Notes: generated by a model from the letters alone, not told the origin. Positions 32,076-43,179 are shown, numbered from the stretch's first letter. The stretch is DNA of 64,000 nucleotides from Candidatus Omnitrophota bacterium (GCA_043821445.1 JBDRCT010000036.1:25879-89878); one strand, 5' to 3'. Numbers and translations: made by a program.

Positions 32076-33176
32076 CTAGTTGAGTTGCATCGGCATGATC
32101 ACGTAGAGATATCCTTCTCGCCCCTTGATCAGGCCCGGCTTGTCGGGACTTGTTAAGGAAATACTGATGTTTTCGTCGGAGAGGTTTTTTAAAACGTCTA
32201 AAAAATATCCTGGGTTGAACCCGATAGTTAGTTCCTCCCCCCTAAAGTCCGCTGAGAGCTCTTCTTTAGCCTCTCCCATGTTGGGCGTTTTTGCGGAAAC
32301 AATGATTTTATTTTTAATAAAGTCGAACTTAAGCGCGGGGGCTTCTGGAGAGGTTAAAAGAGAGGCCCGGCGGACCGCTTGAAGAAGTTCTTCCCGGTTT
32401 GCTTGAACCTGGGCCTTTTCTTCTTTGGGAATTACCTGGTCGTAATTGGGGAAATTCCCCTCAATAAGACTAGAGGTAAGATAGGTGTCCTCAAAACAAA
32501 AAATGACTTTGTTCTGGGCGCAAATAATTTTCATCACACCTTCCCACGCTAAGAGTTTTAAAAGTTCGTGGATGGTTTTTGAGGGAATAATTATTTCTAT
32601 ATTTTGGATGTTTTTTTGTTTGGTTTCTTTTTTATAAAACGCTAATCTCCTTCCGTCCGTGGCCACAAACCGTATCTGGTTCCCCTGAATACAAAGAAGA
32701 ACCCCGTTTAAAACATATCTTGTTTCATCATGGGAGATCGCAAAAGAAGTTAATAAGAGGCTTTCTTTCACAACCGATTGTTCTAACTCGATCGCTCCCT
32801 CAAGGGAAAATTCTGGTAATTTAGGATACTCCTCTTTATCTAACCCTAAAATTTTAAAATTAGATTTTCCCGCTTTAATATTAATAGTGTTGTTTTTAGT
32901 AACGTTAATTTCAACGCTCCCCTCTGGTAGTTCTTTAATAATGTCAAAGAATTTTCTTGCGGGAACAGTGATGCTTCCCCCTTGAAGAACTTCCACAGAT
33001 AAGAGTGTTGATATCCCTACCTCCATATCCGTTGCGATAATTTTAAGTTTTCCGTCTTTTTGTGTTTCTAGTAAAAAGTTATTTAAGATGGGGAGGGTGC
33101 TTGGCTTGGATGCGGCTATATTGACCCCTAAAGTGATCTTTTTTAACAACTCACTCTTTTGCACTTTGATTTCCAT
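32076..33176 (-). CDS. dnaN: DNA polymerase III beta clamp
   Basis: LPILNN, ATDGRRL, FPNYDQVIP, YVIMPM. Confidence 0.96.
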   Translation of the reverse strand: MEIKVQKSELLKKITLGVNIAASKPSTLPILNNFLLETQKDGKLKIIATDMEVGISTLLSVEVLQGGSITVPARKFFDIIKELPEGSVEINVTKNNTINIKAGKSNFKILGLDKEEYPKLPEFSLEGAIELEQSVVKESLLLTSFAISHDETRYVLNGVLLCIQGNQIRFVATDGRRLAFYKKETKQKNIQNIEIIIPSKTIHELLKLLAWEGVMKIICAQNKVIFCFEDTYLTSSLIEGNFPNYDQVIPKEEKAQVQANREELLQAVRRASLLTSPEAPALKFDFIKNKIIVSAKTPNMGEAKEELSADFRGEELTIGFNPGYFLDVLKNLSDENISISLTSPDKPGLIKGREGYLYVIMPMQLN

Positions 33177-33310
33177 AAAAGCTCCTTCTTTTATTATTCT
33201 ATATTTTAAAACAGTAACCTTAGTAACAACCCCTGTGGATTTGTGGATATCCTACACAACTATCTTACAAAGAACGAGATATAAAAAAGTTTTTTTGTGG
33301 AAAAAACTTA
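33177..33310. other. Probable oriC segment (AT-rich, DnaA boxes)
   Basis: TGTGGATTT, TGTGGATAT and TGTGGAAAA boxes between dnaA and dnaN. Confidence 0.65.
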
Positions 33311-34660
33311 TTTTTTTAACAACCCTATCAACTTATCCAACAAACCTCTCGTCGCAACATCCCTATCTCTTTCCGCGGCAATTTTATTACAAGAATGAAG
33401 AACGGTAGTATGGTCTTTCCCTCCAAAAAACCCCCCAATTTCAGGAAAAGAGTGGGTCGTTAATTCCCTGACAAGATACATAGCTATTTGCCGAGGGCGA
33501 ACAACAGAAACCGTCCGTTTTTTGGCCCTAAGATCCGAAACCTTCACATTAAAATAATCCGCCACTGTTTTTTGGATACCCTCAATAGTGAATTTTTGAG
33601 CCTCTTCTTTAAAAGAGTCTTTTAAAATCTCCTGAGCAAGCCGAACATCAACCTTAGAATCAGTGAGCGTACAATAAGCCACCACACGGATAAGAGCGCC
33701 CTCGAGCTCCCGGATGTTCGACTTAATTTTCTCCGCGATAAAATAAGCCACATCATCAGGCACCACAACGGTTTCCAGCTCCATCTTTTTCTTTAAAATA
33801 GCCACTCGCGTTTCAAAATCAGGCGGCTGAATATCCGTAACCAAACCCCAGCCAAAACGAGACACCAACCTCTCTTCCAACCCCGGGATCTCTCGAGGAG
33901 CGCGGTCGCTTGTGACCACGATTTGTTTGTGGGCATCATAAAGAGCATTGAAAGTGTTGAAAAACTCTTCCTGCGTGGAATTTTTTTCCGCGATAAAATG
34001 AACATCATCTATTAGCAAAAGATCGAGCGATCGATATTTTGCGCGAAATTGAGGCGTTGTTTTCATTTGGATAGCTGAAATTAGCTGGTTGGTGAACTTC
34101 TCACTGGATATGTACAGGATCTTAAACTCCGGATGACGCTGGATCGTCGCATTAGCAATAGAATGCAAGAGATGGGTTTTCCCGAGACCTGTGGGACCAT
34201 ACATAAAGAGAGGGTTGTATTGTTTGGCGGGAGACTCGCTCACCGCAACCGAAGCCGCGTGAGCAAACCGATTTCCTGGGCCAATAACAAAAGCATCGAA
34301 AGTGTACCTCTGATTGAGTCCCGAGAGACCCTCCTCCTTCCCTTTTGCAAGGGATGGACTAGGAGGCGAGGGGGCGGTTCGCGAAGGCTCCACCACCTGA
34401 TAAACAATTCGCAAGGGATGCCCAAGAACCTCCTCGGCGGAAGAAAGGATAAGATTTTGGTAGTGGGCCTCAAGCCATTTTCCATAGTACTGGTCGGGGA
34501 CGCTTACGGTCAGAGAGTCGGAAGAAACCCCCAAAAGAGAGATCGGCTCAAACCAAGTTTTGAAAGACTGTTCGCTCAATTCCCGCGAAAGGAGAGCACG
34601 AATTTTCTTCCAAAGCGATACCAAAGAGACGTCCGGAGGCGACGAAAGAGGTTGGTTCAC
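33308..34660 (-). CDS. dnaA: Chromosomal replication initiator
   Basis: YNPLFMYGPTGLGKTHL, TQEEFF, RELEGAL, DHTTVLH. Confidence 0.98.
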   Translation of the reverse strand: MNQPLSSPPDVSLVSLWKKIRALLSRELSEQSFKTWFEPISLLGVSSDSLTVSVPDQYYGKWLEAHYQNLILSSAEEVLGHPLRIVYQVVEPSRTAPSPPSPSLAKGKEEGLSGLNQRYTFDAFVIGPGNRFAHAASVAVSESPAKQYNPLFMYGPTGLGKTHLLHSIANATIQRHPEFKILYISSEKFTNQLISAIQMKTTPQFRAKYRSLDLLLIDDVHFIAEKNSTQEEFFNTFNALYDAHKQIVVTSDRAPREIPGLEERLVSRFGWGLVTDIQPPDFETRVAILKKKMELETVVVPDDVAYFIAEKIKSNIRELEGALIRVVAYCTLTDSKVDVRLAQEILKDSFKEEAQKFTIEGIQKTVADYFNVKVSDLRAKKRTVSVVRPRQIAMYLVRELTTHSFPEIGGFFGGKDHTTVLHSCNKIAAERDRDVATRGLLDKLIGLLKK

Positions 34661-34995
34661 GTGCGTGCAGGTCCTTCCAAGGTTATAAACAGGTTATTAA
34701 TAAGATAAACTTTATTTTTTTAAATAATGTATTGAGGAACAGCAAAATATATCAAAATCAATAAATAGCTTATAAACATGTTTTCAACAGCAAAACAACG
34801 ACAAAATCAACATCTGCCTAAAAACAAGGGCGGACGAAACGCGCCAGGAAGGGCATTCTACAGCAAAAAAATTTTTTGTCTACGGACAATAAAAAATTTC
34901 TTCGAAAAAAAAGGACCGGGGGCAAAAGTGTTTTTTTGCCCGGACAAAACAAAACGCTGGATATTACAAACGGACTTCACTATAATCCTCGCCTC

Positions 34996-35133
34996 ATGAA
35001 AAGAACATACCAGCCTTCCAAGAGAAAGCGTCGTAACAAGCACGGCTTTCTTGCCCGCACGCGGACCGCCGGAGGACGAAAAGTCCTTGCGAGCCGTCGG
35101 AAAAAGGGCCGGAAAAAGCTAACCCAAGTATAA
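34996..35133 (+). CDS. rpmH: 50S ribosomal protein L34
   Basis: [14 protein letters not shown]; TATAAT at 34981. Confidence 0.95.
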   Translation: MKRTYQPSKRKRRNKHGFLARTRTAGGRKVLASRRKKGRKKLTQV

Positions 35134-35136
35134 GCG

Positions 35137-35514
35137 TTGGAGCCAAAAAAGCGGCTCGGCTCGGATCAGCGCATCCGCCGGCAAACAACCTTCAAACATC
35201 TCACCGAGAAAGGACAGTTCGCTCGGGGGGAATACTTTTATTTGTGGGTCGGCAAGCAGGGCGAAAAAGGGCAAGCAGGACCGAAAAAAAGGCCTGTGAT
35301 CGGGATCATTGTGAGCCGGCAAACAGAGCCGACAGCAACCGGGCGGAATCTCTGGAAGCGCCGCGTTCGGGAGATCTTCCGCGAACACCAAGCGCAGCTT
35401 CACCCAGAGGCGATCTGCTTGGTGAAAATGCGCCGCGTGCGAATAAAACCGCCTTTTTCAGTCCTGGCAAAAGACCTTGTTAGCCTTTTCAAAAAAGCAG
35501 GAGCATGGGAATGA
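35137..35514 (+). CDS. rnpA: RNase P protein
   Basis: IGIIVSR..A..RNLWKRRVRE; synteny. Confidence 0.85.
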   Translation: MEPKKRLGSDQRIRRQTTFKHLTEKGQFARGEYFYLWVGKQGEKGQAGPKKRPVIGIIVSRQTEPTATGRNLWKRRVREIFREHQAQLHPEAICLVKMRRVRIKPPFSVLAKDLVSLFKKAGAWE

Positions 35515-35720
35515 AAAACTTTCTGATCTTCATGATCCGTTTTTACCGTACCGGCGGCGCGCCTTTTCTGGGGCCCTGCTGTCGCTTTACCCCGAGCTGT
35601 TCTATTTATGCGGAAGAAGCGCTGAACAAAAAAGGTGTGCTTGCCGGCGCCTGGCTCGCATTCCGAAGGTTTTGTAAGTGCCACCCCTTTCACGCTGGCG
35701 GATTCGATCCCGTTCGATAA
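35511..35720 (+). CDS. yidD: Membrane protein insertion efficiency factor
   Basis: CRFTPSCS.Y, CHPFHAGGFDPV. Confidence 0.93.
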   Translation: MKNFLIFMIRFYRTGGAPFLGPCCRFTPSCSIYAEEALNKKGVLAGAWLAFRRFCKCHPFHAGGFDPVR

Positions 35721-35729
35721 GGAAAAACC

Positions 35730-37355
35730 ATGGATAAAAACACCGTTAAAGCGATCGTTCTCGCCATGCTGGTCATGTTGTTCTATCCCATGCTCCTCAA
35801 AAAATTTTATCCGGCGGTCTATCAGCAAACACCCGCGACAGTGACCATCCCCCAGAAAGAAACCGCTCCCATAAAAGAGGTCATATCCCCGGCGACCCCC
35901 GAAGGAACAGCGCTGGAGAAGGCGGTTGCTCCAGCTATTGCGCTCTACGAGAACTCTTTCTACAGGGTGGAATTCTCCACTCTGGGAGGCACCATCACAG
36001 CGCTTTCTTTTCTGGGAGAGAAGAACCGACAAGCTTTCACCAAAACGAACTTTTTCGCAGGAGATCCGCGTGAGCCCGGCATTTTCAGCGTGAACATTCT
36101 GCACGAAAAAGCGGATCTCGCAGAAACCATCTTTAAAATGACCCGCAAGGAGGAAAGCACGGAGTTCTCTTATGAATTGCCCGGGGAATACCTGCTGACC
36201 AAAACCTTTACGTTTCGCGAAGACAAACCCGCGATCGACCTCATCATTCGGATCAAGAATCTTTCCGGGCGCGAAAAACATCTTCCGATCATGCTGAACT
36301 ACGGAATAGGTTACGAGGAGAACTATCAGAAAAATTACGGCTATTACGACGCGGTGGCCTACGCTGACAAGCTCCAAACCAAAGGCCTTTCCGGCATTAA
36401 GAAAAAAGGATTTCCTTTCCCCGATCCGACCACGTGGGCGGGCTTCATCAAAAAATACTTCGCGCTGCTTGTGAAGCCGGACGGTAAGATCATCGAGGGA
36501 AGCGCAAGGGTCGATGCAAAAAATCTCTGGGGACAAATGACGCTCGAGCCTTTGACGGTATCTGGGGAAGGCGAGGGCGAACGCAACTTTCTGATCTGTG
36601 CCGGGCCGCAACGTTACGAAGCGCTCAAGAGTTTCGGAGTGGGTTTCGAAGAGGTCTTTTCCCGGGGATTCTTCGGCCTTTTTAAGATGGGGATCCTTGC
36701 GACAATGAAATTTCTAAACCAATACACGCACAATTTTGGCTGGGCGCTGGTGCTCTTGACCCTTCTCATCAAGCTGATCTTTGCGCCGCTCACGCATTTA
36801 AGCTATGCAAGCATGAAAAAGATGCAAACGCTGGCGCCAAAGATGAAAGCGATCCAGGAGCGACACAAAAAGGATCCTGCGAAGTCCCAACAAGAGATCA
36901 TGGCGCTTTATCGGCGCAACAAGGTGAACCCCATGATGGGATGTCTTCCCATGCTGATCCAGATACCGGTTTTCATGGCCATGTTCCAACTTCTTCCGGA
37001 AGCGATCGAGCTTCACGGAGCCCCCTTCATCGGATGGATCAAAGACCTTTCCGCGCCGGATCACTTCATGATGCTTCCTTTCACGGTGCCTCTTCTGGGG
37101 TGGAATTCGCTCAACATTTTGCCGATCCTGATGGCGGCGTCCCAAGTCTGGTACCAAAAACTCATGCCGGCACAGCCCGGATCGAGCCCGGAACAACAGA
37201 CCATCATGAACATCATGCCTGTCTTTTTCGGCTTTATTTGCTACAACATGCCGTCAGGGCTCACGCTTTATTGGACGCTGCAGAACGTTTTTTCGATCAT
37301 CCAGCAGACCTTCATCAATCGCATCGTGATCGTTCTGCACCACGAAGATCAATAA
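35730..37355 (+). CDS. yidC: Membrane protein insertase
   Basis: NFGWA, SMKKMQ, NPMMGCLPMLIQIPVF, WIKDLSAPD. Confidence 0.95.
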   Translation: MDKNTVKAIVLAMLVMLFYPMLLKKFYPAVYQQTPATVTIPQKETAPIKEVISPATPEGTALEKAVAPAIALYENSFYRVEFSTLGGTITALSFLGEKNRQAFTKTNFFAGDPREPGIFSVNILHEKADLAETIFKMTRKEESTEFSYELPGEYLLTKTFTFREDKPAIDLIIRIKNLSGREKHLPIMLNYGIGYEENYQKNYGYYDAVAYADKLQTKGLSGIKKKGFPFPDPTTWAGFIKKYFALLVKPDGKIIEGSARVDAKNLWGQMTLEPLTVSGEGEGERNFLICAGPQRYEALKSFGVGFEEVFSRGFFGLFKMGILATMKFLNQYTHNFGWALVLLTLLIKLIFAPLTHLSYASMKKMQTLAPKMKAIQERHKKDPAKSQQEIMALYRRNKVNPMMGCLPMLIQIPVFMAMFQLLPEAIELHGAPFIGWIKDLSAPDHFMMLPFTVPLLGWNSLNILPILMAASQVWYQKLMPAQPGSSPEQQTIMNIMPVFFGFICYNMPSGLTLYWTLQNVFSIIQQTFINRIVIVLHHEDQ

Positions 37356-37360
37356 CAACA

Positions 37361-37430
37361 GTACGGCGTACGGAGTCCCGCGTACGGAAAAGAGAAGCTT
37401 TCGCCGCACTTCTTGCGCCGTACGCCGTAC
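37361..37430. repeat. Heptamer tandem-repeat hairpin
   Basis: GTACGGC-type units; 13-bp inverted repeat 37361-37373 / 37418-37430. Confidence 0.75.
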
Positions 37431-37436
37431 AAAAAA

Positions 37437-39263
37437 ATGACTCCCACACAGAAATTCGCCGCCATTATCGTTGGCGCCGGACACGCCGGCGTCGAAGCCT
37501 CCCTTGCCATCGCACGATGCGGATTCCCTGTTCTTGTGATCACCATGGACACGAATGCCATCGCGCGCATGTCCTGCAATCCGGCGATCGGCGGGCTTGC
37601 CAAAGGACATATCGTCCGCGAGATTGACGCTCTCGGCGGCGAAATGGGGCTCGCAACGGACGCGACAGGCATTCAGTTCCGCATGCTCAACAAATCCAAA
37701 GGCCCGGCTGTGTGGGCGCCGCGAGCGCAGGCGGACAAGAAAGAATACGAACTTTATATGAAACGCGCGCTCGAGGCCGAAAAGAATCTTACCCTTCGGC
37801 AAGGGCAAGTTGTGGAGCTCCTGGTAAAAGACGGAACGTGTTACGGCGTTCGCACGAAGGAAGGCGAAGCTTTTTTAGGCGAGCATGTGATTTTGACCAC
37901 GGGCACCTTTCTTCAGGGGCTAATCCACATAGGCGAAGAAAAGTTTCCGGGCGGACGGCGCGACGAACCTCCCGCCGTCGGTCTTTCCGATTCGTTGCGA
38001 AGCCACGGGGTCGAACTCGTCCGTTTCAAAACGGGGACACCGCCACGCCTCCACCAAAAAAGTATTCATTGGGAATTGCTGGAAGAACAAAAAGGCGACG
38101 AGCCTCCGCCTCCTTTTTCTTATCAAACAAAAAAACTTATCGTCGAGCAACTCCCCTGCTATCTGACGCACACCAATGGAAAGGTCCATGACACCATCCG
38201 CAAAAACCTAAGCCGCTCCCCTCTTTACTCGGGGAGTATTGCTGGGATCGGGCCAAGGTACTGCCCTTCGGTGGAAGATAAAGTCGTAAAGTTCCATGAC
38301 AAAAAAAGCCATCAGATTTATTTGGAGCCCGAGGGACGCAATACGCCCGAGATCTACATGAACGGTTTTTCGACTTCGCTTCCCAAGGACGTCCAGGAGA
38401 AGGCCCTGCGGCAGATCCGAGGGCTTGAGGATGCCGAGATCCTGAAATTCGGCTACGCGATCGAATACGATGCCGCGCCTCCCATTCAACTGAAGCACTC
38501 ACTGGAGACGAAAAAAATAAGGAATCTGTTCTTTGCGGGCCAGATCAACTGTACATCCGGGTATGAAGAAGCCGCGGCCCAAGGGCTCATGGCGGGACTC
38601 AATGTTATCCGGAAGCTTTGCGGCGCCAGGGAGTTTGTCCTCGACAGGAGCGAGGCCTATATCGCAGTGATGATCGATGACCTTGTTACGTGCGGCACCA
38701 ACGAGCCCTATCGGATGTTCACATCGCGCGCGGAATTCCGGCTTCTGTTGCGGCAGGACAATGCGGATGAAAGACTTATGTTCTACGGGCGCCAATTTAA
38801 TCTTGTCTCCGAAAAGCAATTCGCGGAATTTAAAAAAAGCATGAACCGGGTACGGCGCGATATGCAGGAGCTCATAGCAAAAAAAAGCGGAGGCGAAACG
38901 TTTTACCATCAATTAAAACGTCCAGAAATGAGCCACAATATGTTAGTAATAAATGGGTTACACACATGCGATCTTTCTGAAGAGGAGATCCATCGCGTCG
39001 AAACAGAAATAAAATATGAGGGATATATTGCCCAGCAGCGCCGCGAGGTCCAAAAATTCTCAAAACTGGAAAAAAGAAAAATACCGGCCGGTTTGAACTA
39101 TGACGAGATCGTCGGAATCGGGCGCGAAGCAAAAGAAAAAATGAAAAAAATCCTTCCAGAGTCCATCGGACACGCCGCAAGAATTCCCGGAATCTCCTCC
39201 TGCGACCTTTCTCTCCTCGCCGTTTTTATCGAAAAGAGAACAAGAGAAGCTTCCACAAAATAA
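37437..39263 (+). CDS. mnmG: tRNA U34 modification enzyme MnmG/GidA
   Basis: GAGHAG, MSCNPAIGG, GPRYCPSVE, GYEEAAAQG. Confidence 0.97.
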   Translation: MTPTQKFAAIIVGAGHAGVEASLAIARCGFPVLVITMDTNAIARMSCNPAIGGLAKGHIVREIDALGGEMGLATDATGIQFRMLNKSKGPAVWAPRAQADKKEYELYMKRALEAEKNLTLRQGQVVELLVKDGTCYGVRTKEGEAFLGEHVILTTGTFLQGLIHIGEEKFPGGRRDEPPAVGLSDSLRSHGVELVRFKTGTPPRLHQKSIHWELLEEQKGDEPPPPFSYQTKKLIVEQLPCYLTHTNGKVHDTIRKNLSRSPLYSGSIAGIGPRYCPSVEDKVVKFHDKKSHQIYLEPEGRNTPEIYMNGFSTSLPKDVQEKALRQIRGLEDAEILKFGYAIEYDAAPPIQLKHSLETKKIRNLFFAGQINCTSGYEEAAAQGLMAGLNVIRKLCGAREFVLDRSEAYIAVMIDDLVTCGTNEPYRMFTSRAEFRLLLRQDNADERLMFYGRQFNLVSEKQFAEFKKSMNRVRRDMQELIAKKSGGETFYHQLKRPEMSHNMLVINGLHTCDLSEEEIHRVETEIKYEGYIAQQRREVQKFSKLEKRKIPAGLNYDEIVGIGREAKEKMKKILPESIGHAARIPGISSCDLSLLAVFIEKRTREASTK

Positions 39264-39451
39264 AAACACTCTCAAGGCACCCCGATAGCCAAAGAGCAAA
39301 TTCCGAACATGAACAGACACAGCTTGATAGTAGGTCCGTTTAGCGCGTCCATGTTCTCACGGAAGCAACCACAATTCTAGTCTAAACAAAGACATAATGT
39401 GAACACTCAGGAAAGTTCGCATCTGTGTCCATTGCGAAAGAATTATAATAT

Positions 39452-39467
39452 TGTTTCACGTGAAACA
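39452..39467. promoter_or_regulatory. parS site
   Basis: TGTTTCACGTGAAACA perfect palindrome. Confidence 0.92.
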
Positions 39468-39760
39468 TTATTCCAAGACCAAGCGAGTCTGCACGAGTTT
39501 TATGGCCAACGACTGCCGAAAGGCAAAGAAATCTTACCTTCCGAGATAGCAAGTGCTGTTTTTCAGAAATTCATCCCGGTATGGTTTTTGGATGGCCAAC
39601 GGATCAATTCTTTAGGAAAGACTTGTTGCGAAAGCCTGGAACAAAACAGACCACAATACTAGTTGCTATAAAAATAATTATATGTAAAATATTTGACGGA
39701 ATGGACGATATATCATTAAAAGCAAAAGGTTCTTATTTTAATATTGCTTTGCCAAAATAA

Positions 39761-39776
39761 CGTTTCACGTGAAACA
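39761..39776. promoter_or_regulatory. parS site
   Basis: CGTTTCACGTGAAACA just upstream of parA. Confidence 0.88.
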
Positions 39777-39788
39777 TCCGGAGGACAT

Positions 39789-40684
39789 ATGGGGAAAATA
39801 TTTTCATTCTTTAACCAGAAAGGCGGTGTTGGAAAAACAACATCGGTGATCAATATTGCCACGGTTATTGCCGGATTCGGTAAAAAGGTCCTGCTAATAG
39901 ATCTTGATTCGCAAGGCAATGCTACGAGCGGAGTTGGGATAGAAAAGAAGGAGATCGAATTAACAGCTTATCAACTTCTTGTGGAAAACCATGATCCAGG
40001 CACGGCCATCAAAGAAACATCCATCGAGAACTTGTGGATCATACCATCGAACGCGCATCTTGCTGGTGCCGAGATGCACTTGATTGGACAGGATAAAAGA
40101 GAGTTCGTTCTGAAAGAACAGCTAAAAAAGATTTCAGCGGAGTACGATTATATATTTCTTGATTGTCCGCCGTCCCTTGGGCTGATAAGCATAAATGCTT
40201 TGACTGCAAGCAGTTATATAATTATACCACTCCAGTGTGAATACTATGCTCTAGAGGGTCTCGGGCAACTCCTAAACACCTACCAGCTTGTCAAAAAAAA
40301 TCTGAGCGCAGCCATTGAGCTTGGAGGAGTGATTCTCACTATGGCTGATATTCGGACAAACCTGACGCAGCAAGTGATCGAAGAGAGGTCCGAAATTACT
40401 TTAAAGAGAAAACCTTTCAAAGCGTAATTCCACGGTCTGTAAAGCTTTCCGAGGCGCCAAGCTTTGGGAAACCCGCCGTTATTTATGATCCACAAAACCG
40501 AGGATCACTGGCCTATGCGGAACTCGGGAAGGAATTTTTGATGCGTTTTGGTTCAGACGACGACCGCAGCAATCTCGTTTCGATTACTCAAAAGAGTGCC
40601 GCCCCCGTCGGAAAAGGGGAAATTCAAGACGCAGGCCTTGCGGCTGAAAACGAACAGCCCCAAGCCATCCTAACGAATCCTTAA
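39789..40684 (+). pseudogene. parA: ParA/Soj ATPase with a frameshift at ~40385 (real or assembly error)
   Basis: NQKGGVGKTT, DCPPSLG; C-terminus (IPRSVKLSEAPSFGKP) continues in another frame after GAAGAGAG. Confidence 0.85.
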
Positions 40685-40711
40685 GAACACATATAAACAA
40701 GGAGTTGAAAA

Positions 40712-41659
40712 ATGAAAAAAGCCCTGGGCAAAGGATTAAGCGCGCTCATCCCCGACAGCTATACGGAACATAGGGTCGCGACCGAGAAAGAAACTTCCCC
40801 AACAACGGTCACCCTCACCACGGAACCGGAAACCGCTGTTCCCGCGACCATCCTTCCGGAGAAAAGTTCGGCATTTCAACTGATACCGATATCTCTGATC
40901 TCGCCAAACGCAGACCAACCGCGAAAAATCTTTAATACGGAAACCATCGAAGAGCTCGCCGACTCTATTCGTGAAAAAGGCGTTTTACAGCCCGTCATCG
41001 TTAAGAAGAAAAACGGCGGGACATTCGAGCTCGTGTGCGGCGAGAGAAGATTCCGCGCGGCGGCACTTTGCGGTCTAAACGAAGTGCCCGCCATTATCAA
41101 AGACGTCGCCGACGAAGATTTTCTGGAATGGGCGCTGATCGAGAACATTCAACGCGAAGATCTGAACCCCATAGAGGAAGCGGAAGCCTACCAACGCCTC
41201 GTGGAGGAAAGGAGGATTTCCCAGGAGGAGGTTGCGAAACGAGTGGGGAAGAACCGCGCGACGGTTACGAACACTCTCAGACTTCTGCGCCTGCCCCAGG
41301 AAATAAAACAGTATTTGGTGGAGGGAAGGCTTTCGGCGGGACATGCCCGCGCCCTCCTGGGCCTTTTGACGCCGGAACATCAGCGGCAGATGGCCAAAAG
41401 GATCGTTGAAGAGAACCTGTCGGTTCGCCAGGTCGAAGCTATTGTCAATCGAAGCAACGCACACAAAAGGAAAGCAAAGTCTGCCCGGCACCTTAGCGCC
41501 GAGATCGTGGACCTTGAAACACGCCTGACACATTTTCTTGGAACGCAGGCGAAAATTTATCCACGCAAAAATCAGAAAGAGGGACGCGTTGAGATCCAAT
41601 ATTTTTCACTCGACGATCTCGATCGCGTTCTTCAAAAGATCGGTTTGCCTCGGGGGTGA
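40712..41659 (+). CDS. parB: ParB/Spo0J
   Basis: LGKGLSAL, GERRFRA, ENIQREDLNPIEEA. Confidence 0.96.
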   Translation: MKKALGKGLSALIPDSYTEHRVATEKETSPTTVTLTTEPETAVPATILPEKSSAFQLIPISLISPNADQPRKIFNTETIEELADSIREKGVLQPVIVKKKNGGTFELVCGERRFRAAALCGLNEVPAIIKDVADEDFLEWALIENIQREDLNPIEEAEAYQRLVEERRISQEEVAKRVGKNRATVTNTLRLLRLPQEIKQYLVEGRLSAGHARALLGLLTPEHQRQMAKRIVEENLSVRQVEAIVNRSNAHKRKAKSARHLSAEIVDLETRLTHFLGTQAKIYPRKNQKEGRVEIQYFSLDDLDRVLQKIGLPRG

Positions 41660-41841
41660 TCTTCCGCAGGGCGCCCTTCACGGACCGGAAGGCTAGAAAA
41701 GAGCCTTTACAGAAAGCCTGACCCGTGTGTTATAATTCCTGCGTTTTATCGCTCTTATAGGCCGTTCTTATCGTTTTAAAAGACGAAAAAGGCGATTCCT
41801 CGCAAAGCCGATAAACACCTTTCAAACGAAGGGAATTCCGA

Positions 41842-43137
41842 ATGCCGAAGGATTTTTGGGCGAAGGGTTTTTCCATTCTTTTAATAATCTTTGTTTTGAC
41901 CGGCTGCGGTTCTCCCACCGGGACGGGGACCCAGGGGGCCACGGAAATTAAGGTAAGCTTCTGGGGGACGCCCGAAGAGATCGGCATCATTGCTGAGGCC
42001 CTTGCGCCCTGGCAGGCAGAACATCCCGAGATCAAGATCATTTTTGAGCATACGCCCTACACCGGTTACATTAGCAAGATCCTCACCCGGATCGCGGGCG
42101 GCGCAGCGCCCGACATCATTGCCACTGAGGTCGACTACTTCGTAACGTTCGCGACCAAAGGCGTTCTGGAAGATCTGACACCGCATGAGACTGCCGACCC
42201 GGCAGGATTTGATAGAAACGATTTTTTCCCGCAAATCATCGACCGCTTCACTTACCAGGGAAAGCTTCTTGCTGCGCCCCGAGATATCGCCCCGTTCGCC
42301 TGCGTGTTCTACAACAAGAAGGTTTTTGATGAAGCGGGGATCCCCTATCCGACCGACGACTGGAACTGGAGCGACATGTTACGCCTTGCGCGCGAACTCA
42401 CCAAAAAAGACAGTTCCGGCCGCATTACGCGATACGGTTTTTACGCCTGGGCCTGGCAAAATTTCATTTATGGGAACGGGGGCGGGCTTGTGGATGATGT
42501 TAAAAATCCCACGAAGACCCGGCTCGATGACGATCGTTCCATCATGGGGCTCCAGTTCTACGCCGATTTGAGCAATCTTTATGAAGCGATGCCGACGCTC
42601 GCGGCTTTCACGAATCTTGGAATGGGAGTGGACCGGATGTTCGCCAACGGCCGCATCGCAATGTTCCTTTCTGGCATCTGGGAAACCCCGCAATTCCGCA
42701 ACTACCAATTCGAATGGGACGCGGTGATGTTCCCCAAGAATGATAAGGGCATCCGCGCATTCGGGACCGGAGGAACGGGATATGCGATCCTTAAGTCTTC
42801 GAAACACAAAAAAGAAGCGTGGAAAGTGGTCAAAGCTCTGACCGGACCCGAAGGGCAGAGGCAATTCGCCAAACGGGGGCTTGCTCAACCCGCGCTCATT
42901 TCCGTGGCGCAAAGTGACGCTTTTGCTGGGGACAGTTCTGCGCCTAAAAATAAAAAAATGCTTAACGAAGCCGTACAGTATGTGGTTTTTAGTCCTTTTC
43001 ATCCAAAATGGCGCGAAATAGAAGAAAAGCATATCCGTCCCAAACTGGACCTTATCTTTAACGGGAAAAAAACTGCCGCGGAAGCCGTCAAAGAAATGGC
43101 TCCCGAAATTAACACACAGCTGAACCAGGCCGAATAA
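41842..43137 (+). CDS. Sugar ABC transporter substrate-binding lipoprotein
   Basis: Lipobox LTGC; APDI, FYNKKVFDEAG..W.W. Confidence 0.9.
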   Translation: MPKDFWAKGFSILLIIFVLTGCGSPTGTGTQGATEIKVSFWGTPEEIGIIAEALAPWQAEHPEIKIIFEHTPYTGYISKILTRIAGGAAPDIIATEVDYFVTFATKGVLEDLTPHETADPAGFDRNDFFPQIIDRFTYQGKLLAAPRDIAPFACVFYNKKVFDEAGIPYPTDDWNWSDMLRLARELTKKDSSGRITRYGFYAWAWQNFIYGNGGGLVDDVKNPTKTRLDDDRSIMGLQFYADLSNLYEAMPTLAAFTNLGMGVDRMFANGRIAMFLSGIWETPQFRNYQFEWDAVMFPKNDKGIRAFGTGGTGYAILKSSKHKKEAWKVVKALTGPEGQRQFAKRGLAQPALISVAQSDAFAGDSSAPKNKKMLNEAVQYVVFSPFHPKWREIEEKHIRPKLDLIFNGKKTAAEAVKEMAPEINTQLNQAE

Positions 43138-43179
43138 AAAAGCTTTTTAAAAACAAAAAGCCAAGGAGTTTTTGTTGCC

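Noticed and set aside
39352-39367. Third parS site (TGTTCTCACGGAAGCA)
   Set aside because: Too degenerate to call
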